Assembly (NCBI GenBank): GCA_963826535.1
Contig: CAWGXL010000001.1
Span: 14,336-78,335, forward strand
Direction of reading: 5' to 3'
Length of the DNA: 64,000 bases
DNA from: an uncultured bacterium
Lineage (GTDB): Bacteria; Patescibacteriota; Microgenomatia; Levybacterales; UBA12049
Below the pieces are notes generated by a model. It did not search any database. It saw only the letters and a list, made by a program, of their open reading frames with translations, and was not told the DNA's origin. Made by a program: the position numbers and the translations under genes. Positions within the stretch are counted from its first letter, which is position 1. Every line of letters starts with the position of its first letter. This document shows positions 38,499-47,990 of this stretch, piece after piece.

Positions 38499-39145
38499 AA
38501 ACCATTTAATTCAGCTTCAAGTTTGTTTACATTTTTAATAACAAGTAAATTTTTATTTAACGTTATTATGCCTTTATTCTTGAGCATCTTCATCTCGCGG
38601 CTTACTGTTTCCCGTGACATTCCTGCTGAAGTAGCTAAATCTTTTTCAGTAATCTTTATTTCAATAGAAGTTTCTTTTTTGTTTATTCTTCCAAATCTTT
38701 TTGACTGTATCATGAGTTCAGTTATAAGCCGTTCATATGCACTTCCAGTCATTAAATAAGACATCCTAAGCATCATTCCATCAATCCCTCTATAAACGCG
38801 GCTTATGAGATTAAATAGTACGTCTGGATTATCTTTTATAAATTTTAGTGTTTCTTCTGTTGGCGCACGCCATACCTCAACTTGTGTCGTTGCTTCATAG
38901 AAGTAAATATTTTTAGTATTATTTATTGCCCAGCTCATTGGAAAAAAAGAAATTGGTTTAAAAATATTAAGAACTAATTCATCACCTTTTTTAGAAATCG
39001 CATACTTTTTTACTAATCCTTCAGTCAGGTAAAAAATTCCTAAGGGGTTATCATCCGCACGTATTACTATTTCACCTTTTTTATATATTTGCTTTTTGTA
39101 TTGCTTGAAAAAAGTATCAACTTTCTTTTTAACCTGCTCATCCAT
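38495..39145 (-). CDS. Crp/Fnr-family transcriptional regulator
   Basis: N-terminal cNMP-binding-like beta-roll, C-terminal HTH (SRETVSREMKMLKNKGII). Confidence 0.75.
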   Translation of the reverse strand: MDEQVKKKVDTFFKQYKKQIYKKGEIVIRADDNPLGIFYLTEGLVKKYAISKKGDELVLNIFKPISFFPMSWAINNTKNIYFYEATTQVEVWRAPTEETLKFIKDNPDVLFNLISRVYRGIDGMMLRMSYLMTGSAYERLITELMIQSKRFGRINKKETSIEIKITEKDLATSAGMSRETVSREMKMLKNKGIITLNKNLLVIKNVNKLEAELNGF

Positions 39146-39252
39146 AATTCAGATTATACTTCTCGTATTGAATATAATCAATGTCTTATGGAGTACAATT
39201 GGTGTTTATAATCAAATAACTTGTATAACTCGAAAATCTGCTTATTGCCTAT

Positions 39253-39714
39253 TTAATTAAGAATGACAATAAAAAGATTTAAGAACAAGGCGTAGCTTAC
39301 CCAGAGGATATAAGGGGTTAAAAGGAAAGCCGCTGGTTTTGAAATTCTCAAAAAAAGGAGAATTGTATACAATATTGCAGCCCAGAGGAAAAGAATAATA
39401 ATAAAAGCTAAAAGAGGCATATGGATTCCGAAGAAAACAAGAGACCATAATAAATTTAAAGCAAGTTGAATAAGGAATACTTGTAAAGCAACTTTTTTAC
39501 TTTTTGTTTTCTTATTCCAGATAAGATAGAACGAAACACCCATTAAAAAATAAAGGAAAGTCCATACGGGACCAAATATCCAGTTCGGAGGAGTAAGGAA
39601 AGGCTTATTGAGAGTTACATACCAAGTAGTTATTGAAGGAAGGGTTGATATGCTACCGAGTAAAGCTACAGAGAAACAAAGCAAAAGCGAGACAGTTAAC
39701 TTTTTTATATTCAT
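39253..39714 (-). CDS. tspO: TspO/MBR-family tryptophan-rich sensory protein
   Basis: 5 TM, WYVTLNKPFLTPPNWIFGPVWTFLY signature. Confidence 0.8.
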   Translation of the reverse strand: MNIKKLTVSLLLCFSVALLGSISTLPSITTWYVTLNKPFLTPPNWIFGPVWTFLYFLMGVSFYLIWNKKTKSKKVALQVFLIQLALNLLWSLVFFGIHMPLLAFIIILFLWAAILYTILLFLRISKPAAFLLTPYILWVSYALFLNLFIVILN

Positions 39715-39744
39715 CTATTTATGTTTTTCAGTTATGTAACTACT

Positions 39745-40275
39745 CTATGATATGAGTCTCAAATCATCAGAAGTGCCTTCGATAATAGATGCTTTTTCAC
39801 TGAAGTGAGAATATTTAAATTGATCTATAGTGACCTGAATTATTGTAATTTTCTCCGGTATAAGCTCCATAAGAGGCCAAGCTTGCGAAGGTAAAATGTC
39901 CTTTTTAATTGCATTATGTATGGATATAAGAAACTTTATTGAGTCGTCAGGGTTATCAATAATATTTGCATATCCCTTAATCTGAATCTCTTGCCTCTCT
40001 ATAGCTTTGCAAATAGTAAGAGAAACTCTATTGTTGAATGTTATATTCTGAATTTTTGCGCTGTCATTACGTGTTGCGAAATAGACTGACTTGATACCAT
40101 CGTAATAGTAATAAATTATTGCCGACGCAGGCCCCGGTTCGATTGCTGATTGTGGGACTGCTTCAATTACTGTTTGGGGAATTGCTTCGGGAGCAGAGAT
40201 AGTTGCTAAGCTGGCAACGTTATTATTTTTTAAGAAATCTTTTGCCTCTTTAAGAAGTTGTGAATCTACGATCAT
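39745..40275 (-). CDS. Pyridoxamine-5-phosphate-oxidase-like (FMN-binding split-barrel) family protein
   Basis: N-terminal NVASLATIS... pattern and size consistent with PNPOx-related proteins. Confidence 0.45.
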   Translation of the reverse strand: MIVDSQLLKEAKDFLKNNNVASLATISAPEAIPQTVIEAVPQSAIEPGPASAIIYYYYDGIKSVYFATRNDSAKIQNITFNNRVSLTICKAIERQEIQIKGYANIIDNPDDSIKFLISIHNAIKKDILPSQAWPLMELIPEKITIIQVTIDQFKYSHFSEKASIIEGTSDDLRLIS

Positions 40276-40656
40276 GATAAAAGTATACCATAGATCATAA
40301 TTGTGCTTACGGTAAAGTTAACAATTAAAACTATACCATTCCGCTTGATTTTGCAATTACTTTCTGGAAATCGTCCCAGGATATGGATTAAAATCCTTAC
40401 TCCTCCTACTAAGTTAGATTTTCGATGAATTGATTTAAATCACACTATATTCCTGATATTTATCACTGCATCTTAAAATGAATAAGGGTATATTATAAGT
40501 AATATGAGAAATGATATTATTGAATTAGATAGGAATTGGCAATATGCGCATCCACTAATCAAGATTTGTTATTGGATTGATAAAAATGCTCATAAAGTCC
40601 TATTACCTATTCAGACTTTAATAAAATTAATAAAACATGAAAGGAGGTGAAAATAA

Positions 40657-41025
40657 ATGTTTGCGGAAGATATTAAAAAATTAACAAAAGAAAATACTAA
40701 TTTTAGAAAAGTTCTTCATACAGGACAACATAGTCAAATAGTCGCTATGAGTATTCCAGTAAGTGGGGACATAGGCGAAGAAGTTCATCCAAATACCGAT
40801 CAAATGCTTTTCTTAGTTAAAGGAGAATGTGAAGCAATGCTCAATGGTGAGAAAAGATTGGTAGAAGAACATGATGTAGTTTTTGTCCCGGCAGGAACAA
40901 CACACAATTTTAAAAATACCGGTGATGAAGACTTAAAACTCTTCACTGTCTATGCTCCTCCAGAACATCCGGATGGAACAGTTCATAAAACGAAAGAGGA
41001 AGCAGGAAAAGCTGAGCATAAATGA
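40657..41025 (+). CDS. Cupin-domain protein
   Basis: Cupin motifs (EEVHPNTDQMLFLVKGE ... VVFVPAGTTHNFKN). Confidence 0.7.
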   Translation: MFAEDIKKLTKENTNFRKVLHTGQHSQIVAMSIPVSGDIGEEVHPNTDQMLFLVKGECEAMLNGEKRLVEEHDVVFVPAGTTHNFKNTGDEDLKLFTVYAPPEHPDGTVHKTKEEAGKAEHK

Positions 41026-41057
41026 TAACGCTTAGCTTTGAAAGGAGGTGAAAATAT

Positions 41058-41807
41058 ATGAGATTAAAAAATAAAGTAGCAATTGTAACTGGAGGTGGAA
41101 CAGGGATTGGACGTAGTATAGCTCTAAAGTTTGCTCAAGAGGGAGCATATGTTGTAATTTGTGGCAGGCGAAAAGAACCACTTGAGGCAACTGTGAAATT
41201 GATTGAAGCGACAGGTGGTGAAGCAATATATTGCATTACTGATGTTTCCTCCTCTGCTCAAATTCAAGATATGGTTGAAACGACTCTTATGAAATGGGGA
41301 CAAATTGATATTTTGGTAAATAATGCAGGGATTTATATAGCTCACGACATTGCATCCATGAATGAAAACGAATGGGATAAAGTCATGAGTGTCGATGCAA
41401 AAGGAGTATTTCTCGCATCAAAAGCAGTACTTCCCCATATGCTCAAGCAAGAGAAAGGAAAGATCATCAATATAGCATCAATAGCAGGGTTATTTGGCTT
41501 TGAAAAATCAGCAGCGTATTGCGCAGCGAAAGGGGCAATCGTTAACTTAACTCGCGAGATGGCTCTGGACTATGCTCATCATGGAATATTTGTCAATGCA
41601 ATTGCGCCCGGAGTGATTGAGTCAGATATGACTAAGCCTTTTCTTTCAGATAAAGATGCAAAGAAAGCGTTTTTGGACAAAATACCGGTTGGAAGTATTG
41701 GTACACCTGAAGATATAGCATATGCGGCCGTATATTTAGGATCAGATGAGTCAAATTATGTCGTAGGACAAACGCTTGTAGTTGATGGAGGATGGACAAT
41801 TCGATAG
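41058..41807 (+). CDS. SDR-family oxidoreductase (FabG-like)
   Basis: TGGGTGIGRSIA, NNAG, catalytic YCAAKGA motifs. Confidence 0.85.
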   Translation: MRLKNKVAIVTGGGTGIGRSIALKFAQEGAYVVICGRRKEPLEATVKLIEATGGEAIYCITDVSSSAQIQDMVETTLMKWGQIDILVNNAGIYIAHDIASMNENEWDKVMSVDAKGVFLASKAVLPHMLKQEKGKIINIASIAGLFGFEKSAAYCAAKGAIVNLTREMALDYAHHGIFVNAIAPGVIESDMTKPFLSDKDAKKAFLDKIPVGSIGTPEDIAYAAVYLGSDESNYVVGQTLVVDGGWTIR

Positions 41808-41825
41808 TGATTTAGGATAAAGGAG

Positions 41826-42470
41826 ATGAATATTATGAAAAGAGATCCACTATTGTATGGAATAATAGGTATTCTTATAGGAGGTGTTATCGTTTGGTTT
41901 TTAGCAACACAAGCTGTCAATACGAGTAATTCGAGCATGATGCGAATGATGGGTATGGGTGGAGTAAACCAAAGAATGATGGCTAATTCAAACACTATAG
42001 ATGCACATTTTATTGAGCAAATGATCCCGCATCATGAAGATGCCATTACAATGTCAAAACTAGCACAAGCAAAAGCGCAACGGGCTGAAGTGAAACAGTT
42101 GGCAAACAGCATAATTGATTCCCAAGGAAAAGAAATTAACCAAATGAAAGCTTGGTATAAAGAGTGGTTTGGGCGTGAGTTACTTAAGGGAAATGAGGTC
42201 ATGAGACATCATGGTATGGGAAGTAATACAAGCATGCATATGGGAATGATGGGTACTGACGAAGACATTACTCGCCTTGAAAAGGCTGCTGATTTTGATA
42301 CAACCTTTGTTGAGGAAATGATACCTCATCATCAAATGGCTGTTATGATGGCGAGTATGTTAAAGAATGGGACACAACGTCCTGAAATGAAGAAGCTTGC
42401 TGATGACATCATTACTTCTCAAACAAATGAAATAGAGCAAATGAGAAAGTGGCTTAGCGAGTGGAAATAA
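41826..42470 (+). CDS. DUF305-family protein (duplicated HH-motif domain), membrane-anchored
   Basis: Two copies of FIEQMIPHHEDAI / FVEEMIPHHQMAV; N-terminal TM. Confidence 0.65.
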   Translation: MNIMKRDPLLYGIIGILIGGVIVWFLATQAVNTSNSSMMRMMGMGGVNQRMMANSNTIDAHFIEQMIPHHEDAITMSKLAQAKAQRAEVKQLANSIIDSQGKEINQMKAWYKEWFGRELLKGNEVMRHHGMGSNTSMHMGMMGTDEDITRLEKAADFDTTFVEEMIPHHQMAVMMASMLKNGTQRPEMKKLADDIITSQTNEIEQMRKWLSEWK

Positions 42471-42602
42471 TACAATGGAGCATTACAATCCTCAATCCTC
42501 ATATGGATAGGATGTATAATTTTCTACATCTGGCAACTTATTGATGCACATAATAATTAAAAATTTTATATAGATGTACTTGATTCCTGCTATAATAATA
42601 TT

Positions 42603-42809
42603 ATGGTTGATAAGAAGGTTGGGAAATTACTGAAAAAGGCAAGAAAAAGTATGGGACTAACACAGGTTCAAGTTGCTGAAAAGGTTGGTATTTCGTCAAA
42701 TTATTATTCAATGATTGAACGTGATAAAAGAGAAAATCCGGGTTCAAAGGTATTGACTAAAATCGCGCAGGTGTTGAAATTAAAATCTTCAGACGTTTTC
42801 CCTTTTTAA
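42603..42809 (+). CDS. XRE-family HTH regulator
   Basis: LKKARKSMGLTQVQVAEKVGISSNYYSMIERDKR HTH_3 pattern. Confidence 0.7.
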   Translation: MVDKKVGKLLKKARKSMGLTQVQVAEKVGISSNYYSMIERDKRENPGSKVLTKIAQVLKLKSSDVFPF

Positions 42810-43030
42810 TTGGGGGGTGGTTTTTTTTCAGACTCTTTAACTAATTGCTTCAATGCGTCCGCGATATCCTCTGCTGCAAGAGGCAGCATGTTCAGAACTT
42901 TAATTGCCCGTTCTCTTGTAGCCTCTTCAGGTTTGATTTTCCTTATCTTTTCTATCATAGCTTGTATTTGTTTTTCCGTGAAATTCCTATTCATAGTTTG
43001 ATTATACCATTCCTCATAAAATCGTTTCAA
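42806..43030 (-). CDS. Small hypothetical protein
   Basis: ORF only. Confidence 0.25.
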   Translation of the reverse strand: MKRFYEEWYNQTMNRNFTEKQIQAMIEKIRKIKPEEATRERAIKVLNMLPLAAEDIADALKQLVKESEKKPPPN

Positions 43031-43481
43031 ATTTGAGGAAGTTAAACATTTCTTCAGTTAATTTTTTGTTATCGATTCTTCTCATAATTTCCCTACTGTG
43101 AGTTTGAGATAGAATATTCAAGCTTCCTTCCCATAATATTTTTCTGTCCAATATTGCCAATTTCCTGTGATGATTTCCAATACATAGAAATACTTGAACT
43201 CCCAGCCTTTCAAACCGATTTATTTCGCTAGCGGCTTGTTTTTCAAGCGAATTAATATGTTCATTCGGGTCTCTGGTTACGATATAAACTTTTATGTTTT
43301 GTTTTATAAGTTTTTCAAAAATAGGAAAAAGGCATCTCATTCTATTACTTGTAATAAATGGACTTTCAATAAGTACTTCTTTTTCACAGTGACTGAGATC
43401 TTGTAAGAATGCTTGGTAAAAGTTTCTTTCATCAAATAGTGAGGAATTATCCATTTGATATCTCCTCCTCGCCACTTTCAA
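43014..43481 (-). CDS. Phospholipase-D-family nuclease (single HKD domain, Nuc/BfiI-like)
   Basis: HxKxxxxD motif NHHRKLAILD, followed by GSLNIL; 155 aa typical of Nuc-type PLD nucleases. Confidence 0.6.
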   Translation of the reverse strand: MKVARRRYQMDNSSLFDERNFYQAFLQDLSHCEKEVLIESPFITSNRMRCLFPIFEKLIKQNIKVYIVTRDPNEHINSLEKQAASEINRFERLGVQVFLCIGNHHRKLAILDRKILWEGSLNILSQTHSREIMRRIDNKKLTEEMFNFLKFETIL

Positions 43482-45307
43482 TTATTGCCACTTTTCCGTT
43501 ATAATAAGTAAAACCTAGCTTTGTGAGTTTGTGGTAGGTCTGGATCAGAGAATCGAAGATTTGTTTCCACCTATCCCCGCTACGGCTCACATCTAAAGAT
43601 TTAGTCTTCTTGTAGTCCTCATTTAGCTTGAATAGACAAGCTAATTTTGGTGTTCGATGAATTAATTCTTCGTAAGTTGGTCTTTCATCAAAAATTAGAC
43701 CAAACAGGGACGCGTTCTTATGTGGATCTGAGCCTCCCAATAGTAAATCTTCGAGGTGTTCGATGAAATAATTTGTATAGTTAATTGCTACCTGTGAATT
43801 TACTTGCTGATCTTCTTTTGTATCCCTTCGAGAAGCAAGTTGAGCTTTCTCTATTCTCAGCTTTTCAATATCATCTTCAAATAACTTTATTGTTTCAGGA
43901 GAATTAAGCAATTTGATTTTCTCTTTTAGGTTTTGTATCTCAACTTCTTTCGCTTCAATTTGTTGAGAATACGATATTGTATCTGAAGAGAGCTGACTCT
44001 CCCGTTTTATAAGTTCTTCAAGAGCAATTTCTCTAAATCGTTCTCTGAATGCATCGGTGAACTGAACATCTTTAACGAAATTTTCAATTGTTTCATTAAA
44101 TATTTTGAGACGAATTCTAAATGTACAGCGCTTTCCATTAATTAATCTTCCACAATGATAAGCAGGATGAATATTACCTCGATTACCAGTTGAAGCACTA
44201 CCTAATAAAGGGTTTTTACACTTAGGACAAAGTACCTCTTTTTTATAAGGGTACAGCGGATTTCCCTTATTCTTAACTTTTTGCCAATCGGCGATTGTTC
44301 CTTTCACTATTTTTATCTCTCCTTCTTGTTCAATTATAGCAATTTTTCCTTTATTGGCTTTATTAAAAATGTCATAAGTAATGAGAGCTTCAATCTGACC
44401 TTTGATAGGTTTGTAATTTGTCCACTTGTGAACATATATTCCGGCGTATTCAGGGTTTTGAATGAGCAATTGGAATTGCTTTACAGTTAATTTCTTTTCG
44501 CCTCCATATCCAATTATTCTAGTTCTATCCCGAGGATCATATTTGCGTGTTTTTCGCGATCTATAACCTAAGCTATTCATCTCATCTACAATTTTTTCAT
44601 CACTTACATTACCTTGTATTCTTAATTCATAGCCCTTTAATATCCATAATGATTCATTTGGCTCAGCTTTTCGTACTTTGCGTTGTCCATGATGTGTATC
44701 AACTTTTACATTCATGTACCCAATAGGCGCAGAATTCATTGGATATCCAAGTCTTGTATAGCGTATTTCGCTTCCTATTAAGGCGAGTGAGTATAGCTCT
44801 TCGTTCTTCCTTTGCTCCTTCTGCAACTAATAACTCGTTTGTAGTCGTTGGAGAGAATTCAGACCAGTCATATTTAAGACCGTAATACTCCAATGTGTTG
44901 ATTATAGAAGTGCCAATAATGCCATAGCTATCTAGTAATTGCGTGCCGTATTTAGCGAATTCAGCCTTAAGTTGCCCATAGATGCTTGCTCCTCCTCGAG
45001 TGCCTCTATCAATGCTTCGAATAAAGAAGTATTTGATTTTATTCTTTGGATTTTTGCAGTAATCAAGTGCTTCGAGAATTGGTTGGGTATCTAATTCTCC
45101 TCCAGCGGATGCTGTAAATTTAAACCATTTAACAATTTCTATTCTGCACCCAATTATATTTGAGACCTGTATTGCTCGGCTTATAATTTGCTCTTTTTGC
45201 TGTTCATGACTATCACCTTCTAGACCGGTCTTTAAAGCAGAAGTTCTTAATGAAGCAGCTGCATAAATAATTTTCTGATCTTTATCTAAACTCATAGTAT
45301 TCTGCAA
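43447..45307 (-). pseudogene. Large serine recombinase split into two overlapping frames (N-terminal catalytic part 45307-44699; recombinase + zinc-ribbon part 44826-43447)
   Basis: N-part has a resolvase-like layout (IIYAAASLRTS..., FIRSIDRGTRGG); C-part has recombinase-domain and CPKCKNP...YHCGRL zinc ribbon; ORFs overlap by 128 nt in different frames. Confidence 0.6.
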
Positions 45308-45336
45308 TTATATGTGCAGGATCATTTAAAGGGCAA

Positions 45337-45576
45337 TTATTTGAATTTAAGACTTTTTCTCTTATCTTCAAATATTCGATCGATAATAAGATTTGCAAGA
45401 ATTCTCATCTTCCGTTCAGTTTCAGGATCTAACTCTGTAAGATTAGAGTTTTCGACGATCTTATTAGTTTTAGTTTGTGCATGTTTTTTCATAATTTGTC
45501 CATCAAAAAACCCAGCATTCGACTGTGTTTTTGTCGAAGCTGGGTTCATGCGTCTTCTTTTAAGAAAACGAACCAC
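45337..45576 (-). CDS. Small basic hypothetical protein upstream of the recombinase
   Basis: ORF only; position compatible with an RDF/excisionase-type partner. Confidence 0.2.
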   Translation of the reverse strand: MVRFLKRRRMNPASTKTQSNAGFFDGQIMKKHAQTKTNKIVENSNLTELDPETERKMRILANLIIDRIFEDKRKSLKFK

Positions 45577-45624
45577 GAACTGTTGAATTATTCTTCATAA
45601 CCATCGCCATGATCTTAAATAATT

Positions 45625-46548
45625 TTAATCAGCAGTTCTATTAATATCTTCTACCATTTCATTGTGATTAATTATTCTTGCGTCGATGATAAATTTTGAT
45701 ACATGAATTCCTCTCGCCTTTGAAAAAAATCTTGCTTGCATACCGTTAGGCGATGTTAATCCGTTAATAAGATCAAAAATTCTATGATGTCTTGTGCATC
45801 TCTCTTCATAGTCGTTAAAATTTCTTCTATACTTATGATCTATATTCGACCATTCAAATCTACCCTTGCAATCGATACCAAAATATAGTCCATCTATGCA
45901 CTTTTGAGCTTTACCCCTATGCCTTACAACCCACATATGCATTGCCGCATAGCTAGCGAAATCACCTTTCCACATATTATTTTCTATTCCATATCTACCC
46001 CGAAGTCTTATTTTTAAGTTTTGCTCAACTGTATTCTTTACACCTAGTTTTCTCTGCCGGGCGGCTTCACGTTGTTGAGATGTCCATTTCCTTGATTTGG
46101 TTCCAGCAATCATTTTTTCAATATTTTCTTTTGAAAGTTTTCTTCCTATTCTTGCTTGTCCTATTTTCTTTCGGGCTTCTTGTGTATGCTTCCAACCTTT
46201 ACTCATGGAGGTATTTTGTGGGCTTCGAAGATATGCTACCGTACAATTCCTGTTACAAAATTTGCGATCCTTAATTTTAGACTGCATTCTATAAACATGT
46301 CTATCACAGAACTCGCATTTAAAGTATTTTCCTTTAGTGTTCTTTTTTGCTCTATTAGCAAATCCACATTTTGCGGAGCAACAAATCTGATCCGTAAATT
46401 TTCTTTTGAACATGGCTCCGCATTCAGGACACTTTATCCACTTAGTAGTTGACCTTCTAAAGCAGTCAATATCATGGTACTCTTGACCTTTCTTTCTAGG
46501 ATCAAATTTAATGTTGCAACCCCTACACATAAACATACTAATCATCAT
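45625..46548 (-). CDS. HNH-family homing-endonuclease-like protein with zinc fingers and NUMOD3-like DNA-binding repeats
   Basis: Multiple CxxC pairs N-terminally, NUMOD3-like GRKLSKENIEKMIAGTKSRKWT repeats, C-terminal His/Asn-rich HNH-like block (WSNIDHKYRRNFNDYEERCTRHHR). Confidence 0.5.
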   Translation of the reverse strand: MMISMFMCRGCNIKFDPRKKGQEYHDIDCFRRSTTKWIKCPECGAMFKRKFTDQICCSAKCGFANRAKKNTKGKYFKCEFCDRHVYRMQSKIKDRKFCNRNCTVAYLRSPQNTSMSKGWKHTQEARKKIGQARIGRKLSKENIEKMIAGTKSRKWTSQQREAARQRKLGVKNTVEQNLKIRLRGRYGIENNMWKGDFASYAAMHMWVVRHRGKAQKCIDGLYFGIDCKGRFEWSNIDHKYRRNFNDYEERCTRHHRIFDLINGLTSPNGMQARFFSKARGIHVSKFIIDARIINHNEMVEDINRTAD

Positions 46549-46790
46549 GTTATCGGATATGTTATTTTATGTCAATTAGAACAATTCGAACTTAAATATA
46601 TCATTCTAAGGATTTCTATGGGTTTATATGGATTTAAGGAATTGCTGTTTAAATAAGATTTAAGATGTTAAAAGGGAGATGATGAGTCTTTGGATATATT
46701 TGATGTTAACTGCTGGTTAAATCGCATCCTAGCGAGTTAAGAGGTATTAGAAAAGGCGCATTGTTAATCAATTAGGATCTATTTATATTT

Positions 46791-47048
46791 TTATACTTTC
46801 TTTATATATTCCATTGCATTACGCCTCCAAGCGTCACCGCCCTCGGTTGTAGTGCTAACTGCCATAGTTTGACGATCTCCGATGATATACATCGACCAAT
46901 CTCCGAAATACAATTCGCTTTGTGGCAAATCGTTTTGTTCGTAGAAAGGATATCCATAGAGCGTGTTAGGAAGTCTAACAGTTTCGCCGTTATTATTTTT
47001 AGCGGCTCCACCATCTCTCAAGATATAATCTCCGTCACTATCTTTCAT
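46791..47048 (-). pseudogene. Possible C-terminal fragment of an HK97-family major capsid protein
   Basis: ELYFGDWSMYIIGDRQTMAV resembles HK97-type MCP C-termini; far too short to be complete. Confidence 0.3.
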
Positions 47049-47283
47049 CTTTCTGAAAGCCCTCTTTGCGTTACGATGACCAACGAATGCCGCCTTTGGA
47101 GATGAAGTAACCCTTGATGGTACTGCGTCTATAAGGTGATTATGTCATCGACTTATCCTTAATTCCACTTATTAAAATTAGCACTCCAAAGGCTTATCTG
47201 ATTGACTAAGAACATAAATTTTGCTATGATTAGCCTCATAAATAAGGGCTTCGCGCCTTGACCGGCAGAAATCTCTGACAGCC

Positions 47284-47314
47284 AAAAAACGAGACCTGAA
47301 AAGGTCTTTTTTTG
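47284..47314 (+). terminator. Rho-independent terminator-like hairpin (cgagacc-tgaaaa-ggtct + T7)
   Basis: Stem agacc/ggtct with T-tract; A-tract on the other side suggests a bidirectional terminator. Confidence 0.6.
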
Positions 47315-47980
47315 TACCTAAATATGAATGATTTATCATCCAAAAAATTTACCATTCCTCATGAGAAAATGTGGCTAAGACCAGATCGAGCATATTTTGA
47401 ATCTCAAAAACAAGCAGAAGGCATTGATCCAGATGAGTTTGAATGGAACGGAAAGTATAAAAGAATTCGCGAGCTAAGAGGTTTATCAATTTTTGGCTTA
47501 TCGTTTTTTACCATGCAAAAACACCCTTGCTTTGTTCAGATGAACAATCTAAGTGATTCACCAGATGCATTTCTTGCTAGGTCTGTATCAGAGACAACAA
47601 ATGAAATCGCTCCAATTGAAATTACATTTTATGGAAGGAACAAGATTGGGCTACCTGAAGAAGTATTAGAGGATAGATTGAGTAAAATTGGTGGAAAATT
47701 TTATAAACTTCCCGATGGATATTGGCTACTAATACATATTGGGAGGAGATTGGAAGTAAACCATCAGGCCATAAGAGATAAGTTGGTTGCATTGAATGCA
47801 AAATTTAATGTGTTTTCTGTTCAAGAAGTTTCCGACCATCCCGATACTAAGGCGCGCTTTGTATCATACAATCCTTACCTTGAAGCTTACGATGTAAATG
47901 TTGGAGGGATTTGCTATGACCTAAAACAATCTAAGATTCCTGGGATTCTTACAATTGAAAAGGGGAAAGCACCTCTCTAA
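47312..47980 (+). CDS. Hypothetical protein immediately upstream of KAP NTPase
   Basis: 222-aa ORF, 10-nt spacing to next gene; no recognised motifs. Confidence 0.4.
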   Translation: MYLNMNDLSSKKFTIPHEKMWLRPDRAYFESQKQAEGIDPDEFEWNGKYKRIRELRGLSIFGLSFFTMQKHPCFVQMNNLSDSPDAFLARSVSETTNEIAPIEITFYGRNKIGLPEEVLEDRLSKIGGKFYKLPDGYWLLIHIGRRLEVNHQAIRDKLVALNAKFNVFSVQEVSDHPDTKARFVSYNPYLEAYDVNVGGICYDLKQSKIPGILTIEKGKAPL

Positions 47981-47990
47981 ATAATAATCT

